Of a DNA stretch of 64,000 bases, positions 31,801 to 43,972 are shown in pieces. The first letter of the stretch is position 1. The number at the start of each line of letters is the position of its first letter. The position numbers were made by a program, and so were the translations under genes. The stretch lies in contig JAUCBJ010000116.1 in assembly GCA_032718475.1 (NCBI GenBank), forward strand, positions 4,997 to 68,996, written 5' to 3'. Under the pieces are notes generated by a model that did no database searches, was not told where the DNA came from, and saw only the letters and a program-made list of their open reading frames with translations. The DNA is from Nemertoderma westbladi (taxonomy: Eukaryota > Animalia > Xenacoelomorpha).

Positions 31801-33873
31801 ATGCGTTCGAGTTAGCATACGATCGCTTAACTTCAATCTACAGAGGTACAGTCAGCATGGCCAAGTCAGTGATAGAGGAACTCTGTAAGGGGGGGGGCTA
31901 TTACTAAACCCGTCGACTTACTAAAACTAGCTGACGAAATTAAGAACGCTATCACTACATTAAGATCTATTGGACAACTCGATTACGGGAACACCCCTAC
32001 AGTCCTATTAAAAATCATAGGAAGACTCCACCATCGACTTCGTTGGGAGTGGAGGAAGATCGAATATCAGCGAGAGGAAAGGGGCGGATTTTTGAAACTG
32101 GAGGATGTGTACCTATTAATATCTAGGGAAGCAGTGGTGGAGACTCGATCCAACTACACTGACCAACACATTGTAGCAGAAGGAATCACCTTACCATCAT
32201 ACAACCGACAAAAACAACCGACGACATCCACCAAGACGGCCACTTACGCCACACCAACAGAAACCCGACAATTTTCGGACGGTAGTAAAGTATCCGCACC
32301 TATTGGGATCAAACAGACCAGACAGCAACTGAGTGCAGACTTTAGCGGTTGCCAATATTGTGAGCAGTTAGGCAAGCGGCATACTAGTCACAAATTAAGA
32401 GGTTGTCGTCTGTTTCGCGAGTTAAACTCGGAAGAACGAAGACTACAGATACGGCCATTGGATTCTTGTTGGCGGTGTACGCAACACGGACACGTTCGAA
32501 AAGACTGCCCAAATACGGACACCTGTCCATCCTGTGGACGCAACCATGACGGTTTGCTCCATACCGATAGTCATACGCCGACAAAACGCTTCACTAGGGA
32601 ACACCCAGAAGCAGCAGCGAAATGCAATACTGCGTATAAGAATCGAGAATCGAGAACAACTCCAACTTTCGTGACACATATTCGGGATTGTTTCCCGGAG
32701 CAGTCTGGGTCTTCTGATGAGGAAACCGAGGACGACGACATATACTCAGATGGAGCCGAACAACCATCGATCGCACTTCTGACGCCTGACCAACTAAAAG
32801 GATTTAGCGTAATTCCTGTCAAGATTACTGGCACAAAAGGGAGTAAACGAATCTACGCTATCCTGGATTCAGCCTCATCTCACAGCTATGTGGACGAGAA
32901 GGTAGCTGATGTCGTGACGGATCTCCGACAAGGTAAGAACGTCAAATACACTGTAAGTAGTATGCATGGACAACGTACAATACCAGTGACACGAGTTAAG
33001 TTAAACTTAGACACTCTTCTTCCAAAATCGCAACATAGCGAAAGGGAGAGGTCTTTGTTACCCTTTAAGGATTTAACTTTTGCGGCCACTAAGGACTTTA
33101 GTAATCTACTGGGTCCAGTGCCAGAACAATTCTTAGAGGACCGTAAGTATTTCAGACACCTTGGTGTACCTGAATGTCCTGTTAACTATAGATCAGTAGC
33201 AATGCTGATTGGGACAGATCAATTCAATTTACATCAAGTGTGGGAAACCAGACCATCGGTAGTCGTAGCAGGAAATGCATACGCCTGTCGAACTCCGATA
33301 GGTTGGTATACTCGAGTGCCTGTGCGCACACTAGATATAAGTGATGAGGAAGACGATGTACAAAGTACATGTAGTTTATTAACTACAACTTCAACTCATT
33401 CCTTTTCACACGACAAAGACTATACTACACTACGTTCGACAAAACACAACAACGTTACAAGTACGACGTGTGTAGCGAGTACGATAAGTCACAAAGAGCA
33501 GCCAATCCACAAGGTTAGTGTAAAGATTGAGAAGGAGCGGAGACAGGCAGAGGTTCCATCAACGATAGATGATAACGCCGGAAGGCTTGCGAGTCTACCT
33601 CAACCAATAACCTCAACAACGCCCGTCGATGACGACGCGTTAAGAAATCATCAAGTGGAACAAGCCGCGCGAGATAAAGAATTAACAGAGAAAACTATCA
33701 GGTGGTTGGAACAAGACACAGCCGAACCTGGTAGTTACGAACTATGTATGTCGGAACAAGAGAAACAATCTTTAAAGATCATGGAAGATACTATCCGCCA
33801 GACGAAAGACGGACATTATGAGGTAGGGATGCTATGGCGTAACCAACGTCCTAAACTTATAAATAACTTCTAA
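28897..33873 (+). pseudogene. gag: BEL gag-protease with stops and frameshifts (ORFs 28897..31053, 31246..31596, 31626..31907, 32092..33873)
   Basis: Coiled coil; PPKFSGNSKHWHTF capsid motif; knuckles CQYC..H....C, CWRC...GH....C, CPSC...H..LLH; protease ILDSAS. Confidence 0.9.
30629..31130 (+). repeat. Six 84-bp in-frame tandem repeats in gag
   Basis: FTSQSTTSRKTCEPTEQRRPVDTRPLNQ units; the last units carry TGA stops. Confidence 0.95.
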
Positions 33874-33951
33874 AAAGCTTTAAGATGTTTAAACTCAATA
33901 CGACAACGTTTATTAAAGGACGAGAAAGCCCATCTGCAGTACAATACTCAG

Positions 33952-36489
33952 ATGGAGACGTATTTGACAAAGGGATACGCTATCAGGATGACAAACCCAG
34001 AGATTGTGACTGACCAGACATACTATTTGCCACATCACTACGTGAGACACCCCGATAAACCAGACAAAGTAGGTGTAGTTAATGACTGCGCGGCTCTGTT
34101 TGACGGAATGTCTCTCAATAGTGAGCTGATGGATGGACCAAACATGAATAATTATCTCATGGGGGTGATTATGCGCTTCCGTCAGCGCCAAGTAGCATTT
34201 ACTTGTGACATAGAAGCGATGTTTCACCAAGTGCGAGCATTAGAGCGAGACAGAGACAGTTTGAGGTTCCTCTGGTACCCGGATGGAGACTTAAGTCAAC
34301 CACCGGCGACTTACCAAATGCAAGTTCGCGTATTCAGTGCCAGGGACAGCCCAAATTGTACTATGTACGCCCTGAAGCAGACCGCTAGAGATCAGAAACA
34401 TAAATATGACCCAGAGGTAATCCGAGTAGTAGAACGAGACTTTTACGTTGACGATGGATTACAAAGTTGTGATACAGTAGAACGTGCTATAACAGTAGCA
34501 CATCAATTACGGGACTGTTTAGCAGGCGGAGGTTTTAACCTCACCAAGTTTGCCTCAAACAGTGCCGAATTAGTAAATTCATTCGAAACGACTGAACGTG
34601 GGGTTGGTGACATTGACTTGGAATTCGAACCACTACCAATGACCAAGGTGTTGGGACTATTTTGGGACCCGAACACAGACAACTTTCGAGTGAAGGTAAG
34701 ACTGGACGATCAAGGGGATTCTCTGACAAAGAGGTCTTGCTTGTCAAAGCTGAGTCGACTGTTCGACCCCTTAGGTTTTATCAGCCCAATAATACTGCAA
34801 GCAAGAATATATATGCGCAGTATTTGGAAAGATGGACTGACATGGGACGAACTGATCTCATCCGAACAAGTGGACTTATGGAAAACTTGGGAGGCGCAAT
34901 TGTCTTCACTAGAAGATTATTCCATACCCCGGGTATATTTTCCATTACAGACGACATTTCCTGACAACTTAGAATTACATTGTTTTTCCGACGCCAGTGA
35001 CAACGGCTTTGGAGTGACAGCGTATTTGCGCAGACAAGTAGACTCAGATGAGTTTGATGTATCGCTCATTACTTCTAAGGCTAAAACAATGCCTACTAAG
35101 TATATGACGACACCACGCGCTGAGCTACAAGCCGCAACTCTGTCAACTACCATTATGAACCTTATACAGACGGAATTACAATCAAGTTTACAGATATTTT
35201 ATTGGACTGACGCGACGTTAGTTTTATTTTATATAAACAACGACACACTTGAATTCAAGACATTTGTAGCTAACCATCGTGCAGAAATTCTAGACCATTC
35301 AATAAAGGAAGATTGGCGACATTGTCCCGGACCACAAAATCCAGCTGATATTGCGTCGCGAGGAATGATGCCTGAGGAATTCTGTAAACCGGAAAACAAG
35401 GAATTTTGGCAACACGGACCACAATTCTTACAAAGAGCAACACAACATTGGCCGCCACTATACGATAACAAGTCTAATACTATTCCCAAGGACGCCGAAA
35501 TTAAAAAACCAAAGAAAGGGAAAGCAAAGAAAAAGACAACGGCGAAACTTAAGAAGAAACCAAAGGCGAAATGGAAAGATATAACTTACAAAGTTAAGAC
35601 AGGAAGACTTGCGAGCCTTTCTCAACCAGACGTACCGCCAGACGGTCAACCAGACGTATCGCCAGATGATCAACCAGACGTATCGCCAGACGATCAACCA
35701 GACGTATCACCAGACAGTCATTCAGACACGTTACCAGACGGTCAACCAGACATTTTGCCAGACATGTCACTAGACGTTTCGCCGGATGTTCCGCGAAACA
35801 TTTTACCAGACATATCACCAGATGTCCAACCAGACACTAGTAATGTACTGACACACAGTAAAGCCGCAGTTTCCCTATTGGAGCGGCCTTCTATTGACAA
35901 ACTACCAAACTTGACACCCTTGAGTAACCATAAGTACAGTGAAACCTCATGTATTACAGATGTGGGTAGTACCTACGCAAATGTAAATACAGGTGTTACT
36001 TTACGCTCAAGAGACATACCAACCTTACAACCTACGGTGAGACCTGGGATCGACACACAAAGTACCGACAATCAAGGTAAGAAGACAAAGAAGGACAAAT
36101 TACTTGTAGACCCGGACGGATCAACAGTCAACAAGGGAATACCTACTGGCGGACCCGTGGGCCCATCTAGTAAATCAAAACCTTCCAAATTCTCCATTGA
36201 CTTACCTGATGATGTCATAAATACTTACGTCGACAGAATTGTAAACCTGACAGATTCTTGGACAAACGCGTGCCGAAAATTAGCGTGGATTGTACGTTTT
36301 GTACAATACGTTAAAGGCAAACGCGACTTTACACGTCGACTCACATTGACTGAGATTGACAGATGTGAAATTAAATTAATTCGCCATTACCAATTGCGAT
36401 ATTTCGCACGCGAATCCCCATACATCTATAAGTCAAGGTCAACCAATCAAGTCGTCACCAATATTGAGTTGGAGTCCGATAATTTATAA
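33952..36489 (+). pseudogene. pol: BEL RT-RNase H with a long low-complexity linker
   Basis: YYLPHH, CDIEAMFHQV, FYVDD, HCFSDAS, NPADIASRG. Preceded by an in-frame TAA at 33871 and frameshifted near 36430. Confidence 0.93.
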
Positions 36490-37741
36490 TGGCTTAATTT
36501 GTCATAAATCTCGGCTTCAAAACATTGACTTTAATACTGATTTTAGATACCCGATAATAATACCGCAACATCACGAATTACAACGTGCAATGATACTGGA
36601 CGCACATTTACATCTGAAACACGCTGGAAGACACCACTGTCTTTCATACTTACGTACAAGATTTGTATTAATTAGACCCAGTAAAGCGCTAAGTTCAGTG
36701 ACGCGTATGTGTATTATTTGTAAAAAGGTACATTCTAGAATAGGTACCCAAGAAATGAGCGAACTTCCACAAGCACGACTACAAGCATTCAGACCACCTT
36801 TCACAGAGACTGGAATTGACTGCTTTGGTCCCATACATACGAAACGTGGACGTATACTAGTAAAACGCTGGGGACTGATTTTCACATGCATGTCCAGTAG
36901 GGCAGTTCATATTGAACGTGTGATGGATCTTTCCACCAACGCCTTTATACTAGCATTGCGGCGATTTATCGCTAGACGCGGACTAGTAAAATGCTTGTAC
37001 TCAGACCAAGGTACAAACTTTGTTGGTGCTCGAAATGAAATTGCTAGAGCCTTTAAGAAATTAGATCATGATCAAATCTCAAACAAACTACGTCCTTACA
37101 AAATTGTTTGGAAGTTTAATCCTCCAGACAATCCATGGAGAGGCGGAGTCTGGGAGAGATTGATTAGATCTATAAAAACAGCCATGGCAAAAGTAATTCC
37201 AGTAAACCACATCTTGACAGACGACCAACTGACCATATTGTTTGTTGAAATCGAGGCAATACTAAATACTAGACCAATAGTATTAGTACCCGATGACAAA
37301 CAATCCCAGTTTGCTTTGACACCTGCACACCTGCTAATGCAGGCACCGACTTCTTTGTTGCCTATTTCTATTCCAATAGAAGGCGATAGCTACGGTAGAA
37401 AAGCGTGGAAAATCACGCAACTACTGGCTAACAAATTATGGGAAATATGGCAAAATCATTATTTGCCCTCTATTTCTGCCAGAACTAATTGGTACAATAA
37501 TACTCGCGCTTTAAGAGTGGGAGATCACGTGCTGTTAGCAGAAGTGAATTTAAAAAGACGCTTCTGGATAACAGGTGTAATTTTAGACACACATCCATCT
37601 ATGGATGGAGTGACAAGAACTGTGACGGTACGGACAATTGACGGTCGTACAGTAGACAGACCGACTCAACGTCTAGTACTTCTTGAAGAGACGCGAAACA
37701 AGTCTGGAGATTACAAGTCTCCAACAAATGTTAGTAAATAG
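36464..37741 (+). pseudogene. pol: BEL integrase
   Basis: HLHLKHAG...CIIC, GIDCFGP, SDQGTNF, GVWERLI. Confidence 0.93.
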
Positions 37742-38372
37742 TAAGGAGTTTACAAATAGATTTCCACGTACCTGTACACTGTAGTAAAGACAGCGGTAGA
37801 ATTCCATTTCCTTTATATGTGAACTACTACTAGGATCGGCATGCTGCATTGCAGCTGCATTTTTAAGAATGCTGTGCCGGCTTGTCAACAATATATGTGA
37901 ACATTGAGGGTTGTACCCTTATGTGTCACATAGGAGCGGGATTTGTAGGTATAAGAAATGGAATTCTACTTGGAACTCACAATATTGAGACATTTTCGAA
38001 ATTTTAGACAATCCATTTGGATTTGAAAAATTTTTAAAATTTTCTCCAGTGAATAGATTTCAGGGTACAGTCGGGTGGAACTTAAAATTAGAGAAACAAG
38101 AGAACGGAAGACTTGCGAGCCTTTCTTAAATTTAATTAAATTTTACACGGTCTTGTTTCAATAAGTTACGTCAAATAATAGACTTCCCTATATTTATTAC
38201 TAATTCTTGACTGCTTATTTTCTGATAATAGTTTGGGATCAAAAGGTGAGTATTTTAGACTCACAGCCAGTTTAGCCCAAATTCGTTTTTATTTCGGCAA
38301 AAAATTTAGATAAGAAACAGTGTGTCATTAAAGAAACCTTAGATCTTAGGCTATGGGTAGGAGGTTAGAGCG

Positions 38373-39998
38373 TTGTCGAGCCAAAAGGGCAGACGAAAAC
38401 TCTCACATCTCCTCACAACTAACAATAAACTCTGTTGTATTCCCTCTAGTAGCAATGATTATGTAACCATACTTCAAATAATGGTGAAGGGGATACATGG
38501 AGAGCCGAGATGGGGATATGATATCCAAGAGGAAGCAGCAGCTCCTTTCGAAAGATTCGGTGCAAAGGATTACACCATATTCGGAATAAAAGATTTATCA
38601 GAAAGTACAGCAAAACTTGCTAAAACTAAATATGACTCGACGGTATTAAAGAGAAGGCAAAATGCGTTAAATGAAAGAATCGAAAGTTTACGCAAAACCT
38701 TCAACGAACTTTACCCGAACTTTACGACGCTTTATATGATACGGGAGATATTAGCGAAGACCCCAATACCGAAATTAGTCGTTTGTATCATACCATGCAA
38801 TACCTGAAGGCGCATGAACCTATGCCTGCGGTACGCGATGAATTCGATGGAATGCATCTTTACAGACGAACTCGAGGGGACGATAGAAAAACAAAGGAAG
38901 CCTTTTCAGTTTATAAACTTTATTATCAATGTGGTGCTTGTATGCGCGAACAACAAAAGGCGATTCCGATGCGTTTGAATAAGGAAAATCCCGAACCGAT
39001 ATTGGCGAGGTGTTCGAACCATCAACAACTACGCTACCAGGAAGGAGGGTATCCTTTATCGAATCCGTATCATTCATTTGCTATGTGTGGACCAAAGGCG
39101 GGAGAAATTGTCATTTGTCCACCTAAGATTGTTGAACCCGATGCATTTGAACTTACGCTGGAAGAGGTGACTCAGTCAACCCGCGAAAAGAAAGAAGCTC
39201 TTAGCCTATACAGAGCCTATAAGGCTTTCGAGGAAGGTGAGATGGAAGAATGGGGCGGAAGACTCGCGAGCCTACCTTACCATTGGACGTCACACGATCA
39301 GACTTCAGCTAAGGAGATGACACCGAAAATTTTCGAAAGTATAAACTTTGCCCAAAATGTTTAATCGTATCACAAATGGTGAATTTGATCGGTTTCGAAC
39401 AGAAAAGCGAAACAAGGGAGCTTGGTTAACCGTCGCATGGGCGTACCTAGCCGCATTCTATCACAAACGTATACGAGCGAGCGTATTCGAGGAAGAGGAG
39501 ATCCTAGAGGCGACCAACATACCAGCTACTCCGGTTGCGCCGTCTGCACGTCACCCTCGGGAGGACGGACAGAACAAGATTATAAGGGTTCAAAAGGTGA
39601 GCCAACAACTAAAGAAAACCATAAATATTGAAGAAAGAAAGGGTAGTGAACCGACTATTCGCGTTACTCGGGATACGGTGTCACTTCCCAGAGAACCGCA
39701 AGGAGGTTTAGGACACATACCAGCCGATCAAAAGGGGGCGCAAGTTTCTCTTGGGTCTGCGTCGTCCGCTTCCCGCGCATTCCCAGACGTTTTGCCAACA
39801 GTGGATACAACTAATCGATCACGAGGAGTCGGTCGAGGATTTGGGATGCCTAATAGACGAGCATGTGAGGAAATGGTCGCACAATCTCCCAACGTACAAG
39901 GTAAACTAGTGACTCTCCCCACAAGTCCCATACCGCGAGCAAAGTCACCTGTACGCAGTTTTCGAGGACGCGGCAGGGCTCGATCCACCAAGCGGTAA
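38373..39998 (+). pseudogene. Accessory ORF of unknown function in the env position (three overlapping frames)
   Basis: ORFs 38373..38807, 38783..39364 and 39348..39998 overlap end to end. CGAC...CSNH possible Zn motif; basic RG-rich tail; no transmembrane segment. Confidence 0.6.
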
Positions 39999-41976
39999 AA
40001 GGGAGGGCAAGGGTGGACGGAAGGCTCGTGAGCCTTTCTTATGTATTGTTTATGTAATTTGTATTGTTCTAAATTTATGCAATTTATATTGCTCCAAATT
40101 TATGTATTTTGTATTGTTCCAATTTTATGAAATTTAGAAGGAATTTAAATTTAGAAGGAATTTATATTTAGAAGGAATTTATATTTGAAAGATTTATATT
40201 TGAGATGCCAAAAGAGTTTATATTGTCCTAAACTTATGCAGTTTATACCTAAAGAGGTGAGGTCTCTATAGGGGTGTAAACAACAGGCGGCGGTGGACTC
40301 GTGAGGGTCTGGGGGCACGTTAATTCCGCATATATAGTGCTAGGGGGTCACTGAAGGCCCTCGTGTCTAACGAACCATGAATCGACATGGTGCCGTGGTA
40401 CCGTCTAGTCGGCCTGTTGCCGTACTGCCAGTCCTGTACACAGTAGGGGTGGTGGCATGGTGTGATTTGTGGCACATGTGGCGTGAACTATGTTTTGTAT
40501 GTGGGCGATCAGTGGCAGTTTGCTTGGGGCTTGGATGGGTTCCTTTGGCCATCAGCTGTTCCGTTTTTTTGATACTATATGTTATTGTCTCCATGTCAGC
40601 TGATTGGTCTTTGGGATTTGTTTGGGTCTTTGAGCTTTCTGTTGCTGTGGGTACGTGAGTACACGTGATTGTATGTGTGGCCACTGCGAGTAAGTATGGG
40701 AACCCTTGCCAGTTGGTCCAGACGCCGCTGGTATTAGTAGGACCATACTTTACTGCGCCCCACCATACTTTGTGCACACAAAGTTATTTTGCCCTGACGG
40801 CAAAATAAGGTACTCTCGACTTGGTGGTTGGTCGATACAATTTGTCCCTTCCGATTTTGACCCCGATTTTGTCTTTCCCGATTTTGTCTCTGTGTGTGCA
40901 TGGTATGTGTTCGATTTTGTGCTTACCGTTGTGTACTTGATATTGTGAACATCTGTTGAGTACACGTGTACAGTGACTGGTAAGTGGTTACTTGTTCAGT
41001 AGCTTTTGAGCTACAGACAGTATTGTTTTTTAAATACTGCCGGCGAGGCAGGTGAAAACGAGTCAAAATTCCATGTTGGGTAGCGCAAGCCCACATGGGA
41101 CAAGACCGTCGGTTAGGCCCAAGGGCGACCTTGGTGCTCGATCGCTATTGACTGGTCCACCTGCCGGTTGACTCTTTGTTATACTTTGAGTTGGCTCGAT
41201 GTACAGTCAGGCCACAGTAAGTTGACAGTAGCCGACCATCTGGCTACACGTTCGACGAGCTGTGCTGGTGTGATCGGGGAATTGAAAATTGAACCCGGGA
41301 AGCATCAGGCCACCCTCCGGCCCGGTCTGATAATAACAAGCAGTCGGACTGGACCCAGGGGTGGTGGAAACACGTCCGCCTCGTGGGTGCGCCTCCGGGA
41401 GGAGACCAGAAGGACACAAGTGATTGTTCTAAACTTATGCAGTTTATATTGTTCTAAACTTATGTCGTTTATATTTTATATTTAGTAAGATTTATATTTA
41501 GAAAGTGTTATATTTGTAGTCATTCCAAACTTACGCAATTTTTTGTTTCGAATATTATGCAATTTATATTTTATAAAGAAGCAGTATTTGTATTCGCAGT
41601 AAATAGAAGGCAAGAGCAGACGGAAGACTTGTGAGCCTTTCTTGTGATTATTTGAAATTATTCCGAACTTATGCAATTTGTTTTATATTTAAGTAGCATT
41701 TGTATTTGTGATTGTTTGAATTTATGCAATATTTGAGATGCAATAGATTTATTTTGGTGAATTTAATTTAGATTTATATTGTACTTACTTAATAAAGCCT
41801 TAAATACGTAAAGTTTGAATTTGTAATTATTTTGTATCAAATTATTATGTAAAGGTATTATTGTTGAGATTTAATTTGTAAATATGTAAGTACGTCCCAA
41901 GTATTCCATAATTTGATTTAGTATTGGTGAAAACCGTATATTTTATGCACGATAATATCCTGTTTTCATGGAGCGG

Positions 41977-43895
41977 TATAGAATTATATTCTCATAAATG
42001 CCGTGGATTTTCAAAATTTTATTTTGTTCGAATTAACTTTCTATAAAGATTACATTAAGTCTTCATTTGCATTTACTATATCTATTTGTATAACATTGTT
42101 CAAGTGGTTCAGTAGCTCAGTCGGTTAAGCGTTGGAAATTCGTGTAGTAGGTATCGAGTTCGAATCCCAGTAAGTGTGAATTATTTTTTGTGCTAAGTTT
42201 CAACTCATTTAAATTAACCGCTACGAATTAAATTGCATTTGCTCAAGGTAGATTAACCAATAAGATTGCAGTTATTAGATAGAAACCAATGTCGTGCAAG
42301 ATACGTGTTCGCTGGACCAATGATTATCTTTAAAAACCTAGTAGAACTCATAGAACAATCTAGATTTATCTCGATTGATTGCAGCACAAATTTGCTATAA
42401 AAGGTGCGATTTGTTCATTAGTTATCACTCTTAATCACTTATTAGTTATCTCTCACTTACATCCATTAGTTATTTCAGATTACATTGTTTATATTAATAT
42501 AATTGTTGGTTATCTGTAATAAAGTCAGAATTATCGCTATATCTGCCCTTTTCTATCATGTTTCACCACGGTGAACCTAACTGAGGGACAGGATGGCAGG
42601 CTAGACATCGGGCCACAGCAATGAACGGGAACATCGGAGGAATGTAGACAGGAGACCACCCACAATACTGATTCGTAGTTATTCGCCCATCGCCTGAAAG
42701 GTTAGACAGCGTTCGATGCCTCGCTACCTAAGTATAAGACCTGAGATCGAAGGTAGAAGTAGCGACACACTGTACGCCAAAAAATTTAAATTTAGGAACC
42801 GTATTATATTCACTCGGGAAAACCCACGGAAACCCTTCGTATTCCTACGGGAGGAGAGGATAGGCAGAGAGATACCAGTACACAGATAGGACACAGGCAC
42901 ACCATTACACGGCATGCACATTGGTAGGGTGCAGCAAACTGTACGCCTAACTCATTTGCCAGGTATAGGTGCGCTGGTGGCTTGTCAGTAGTACAACGGT
43001 GTTCATCGTTTGCGTAGGAGCTTGTAGGCCAGGAGAGGGTTACTGTGTTTTTTCCCTGAATTAAAATTATACCGTTCAGGTGGTAGGGCAGTTTACTGCT
43101 AGGCATATAAATTAAGGCTATTAGGGATACTAACACCTACCGTGTCCCCGCCGACATCCTGTTAGGAAGTTGCCGTGCCCATCTAGGCAACCAAAATTCT
43201 AGATAAGAACACCAGGCTAGCTATTTGTAACTGTACGCCTACTGTAGTAAACTAACACATTTCTTCTTAGTATTAGGGACCTGGTAAATAAAATTGCCGA
43301 ATTCTGGGTGTAGTATTAACCTTATGCCTGAATTTGAGTCCTGGAAATACACAAAAGGGGAAGGAGCCTTATCATTTGTAAGTATTAGACCTACAAACTA
43401 CCAAAATTAGAATATTTGTAAAATGTACACTGGACCCAGTAAATGATATTATACGAAGGATTACAAAATCAATTTGACCCTGAATAAAAACACACGCGCG
43501 TTTAGGAATTATTTGTACCTCGAAATATATAAAATAATTTGTCCATACCGCGGCTTTGCCCGCTAGTTATATTTGTAGCTAGCATCTCTCTCACCCACCA
43601 TATAAATCACACCGCGGCAAAGTATACGAGCGCTTTTAGTCCGTCAGTGAGTCAGAAAGATTATTAGGATTCGCTGCGCGGGATTTTGTTTTATCGAAGT
43701 TTGTCCGTTCGTAGACTGTCTTCTGCCTCACCGGTTATAAGAGACCAATACTGCAATAGATTTGCTTACTTGGAGTTTACTGTTTTGGTGAGAAGGTTGG
43801 ATTATGCCTTGATTCACAAACTTTACAGTAGGATATTGCGGTATAAGTTGTTACTGTCTCTTACAACAGTAGGAATGTGACCTATGTTGATTTCA
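41977..43895 (+). repeat. 3' LTR (1919 bp)
   Basis: Direct repeat of 26171-28089, preceded by a short purine-rich GGAGCGG. Confidence 0.96.
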
Positions 43896-43972
43896 CAATT
43901 AATTAATGTTTGGAATGGTGAATAGGCTTGTGAACTAGAAAGCCGTGGCCCGAAGGGCCACTGGCTTTCTAG

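Larger units (their letters stand above)
26171..43895 (+). mobile_element. BEL/Pao LTR retrotransposon 2, full length (17.7 kb), coding region decayed
   Basis: Direct LTRs 26171-28089 and 41977-43895. 5-bp TSD TAATT/CAATT, supported by the empty site near 60915. Gag-pol motifs present. Confidence 0.96.

Noticed and set aside
40377-40658. Hydrophobic 93-aa ORF as an env or membrane protein
   Set aside because: Short, explained by GT-rich composition, with no supporting motifs.
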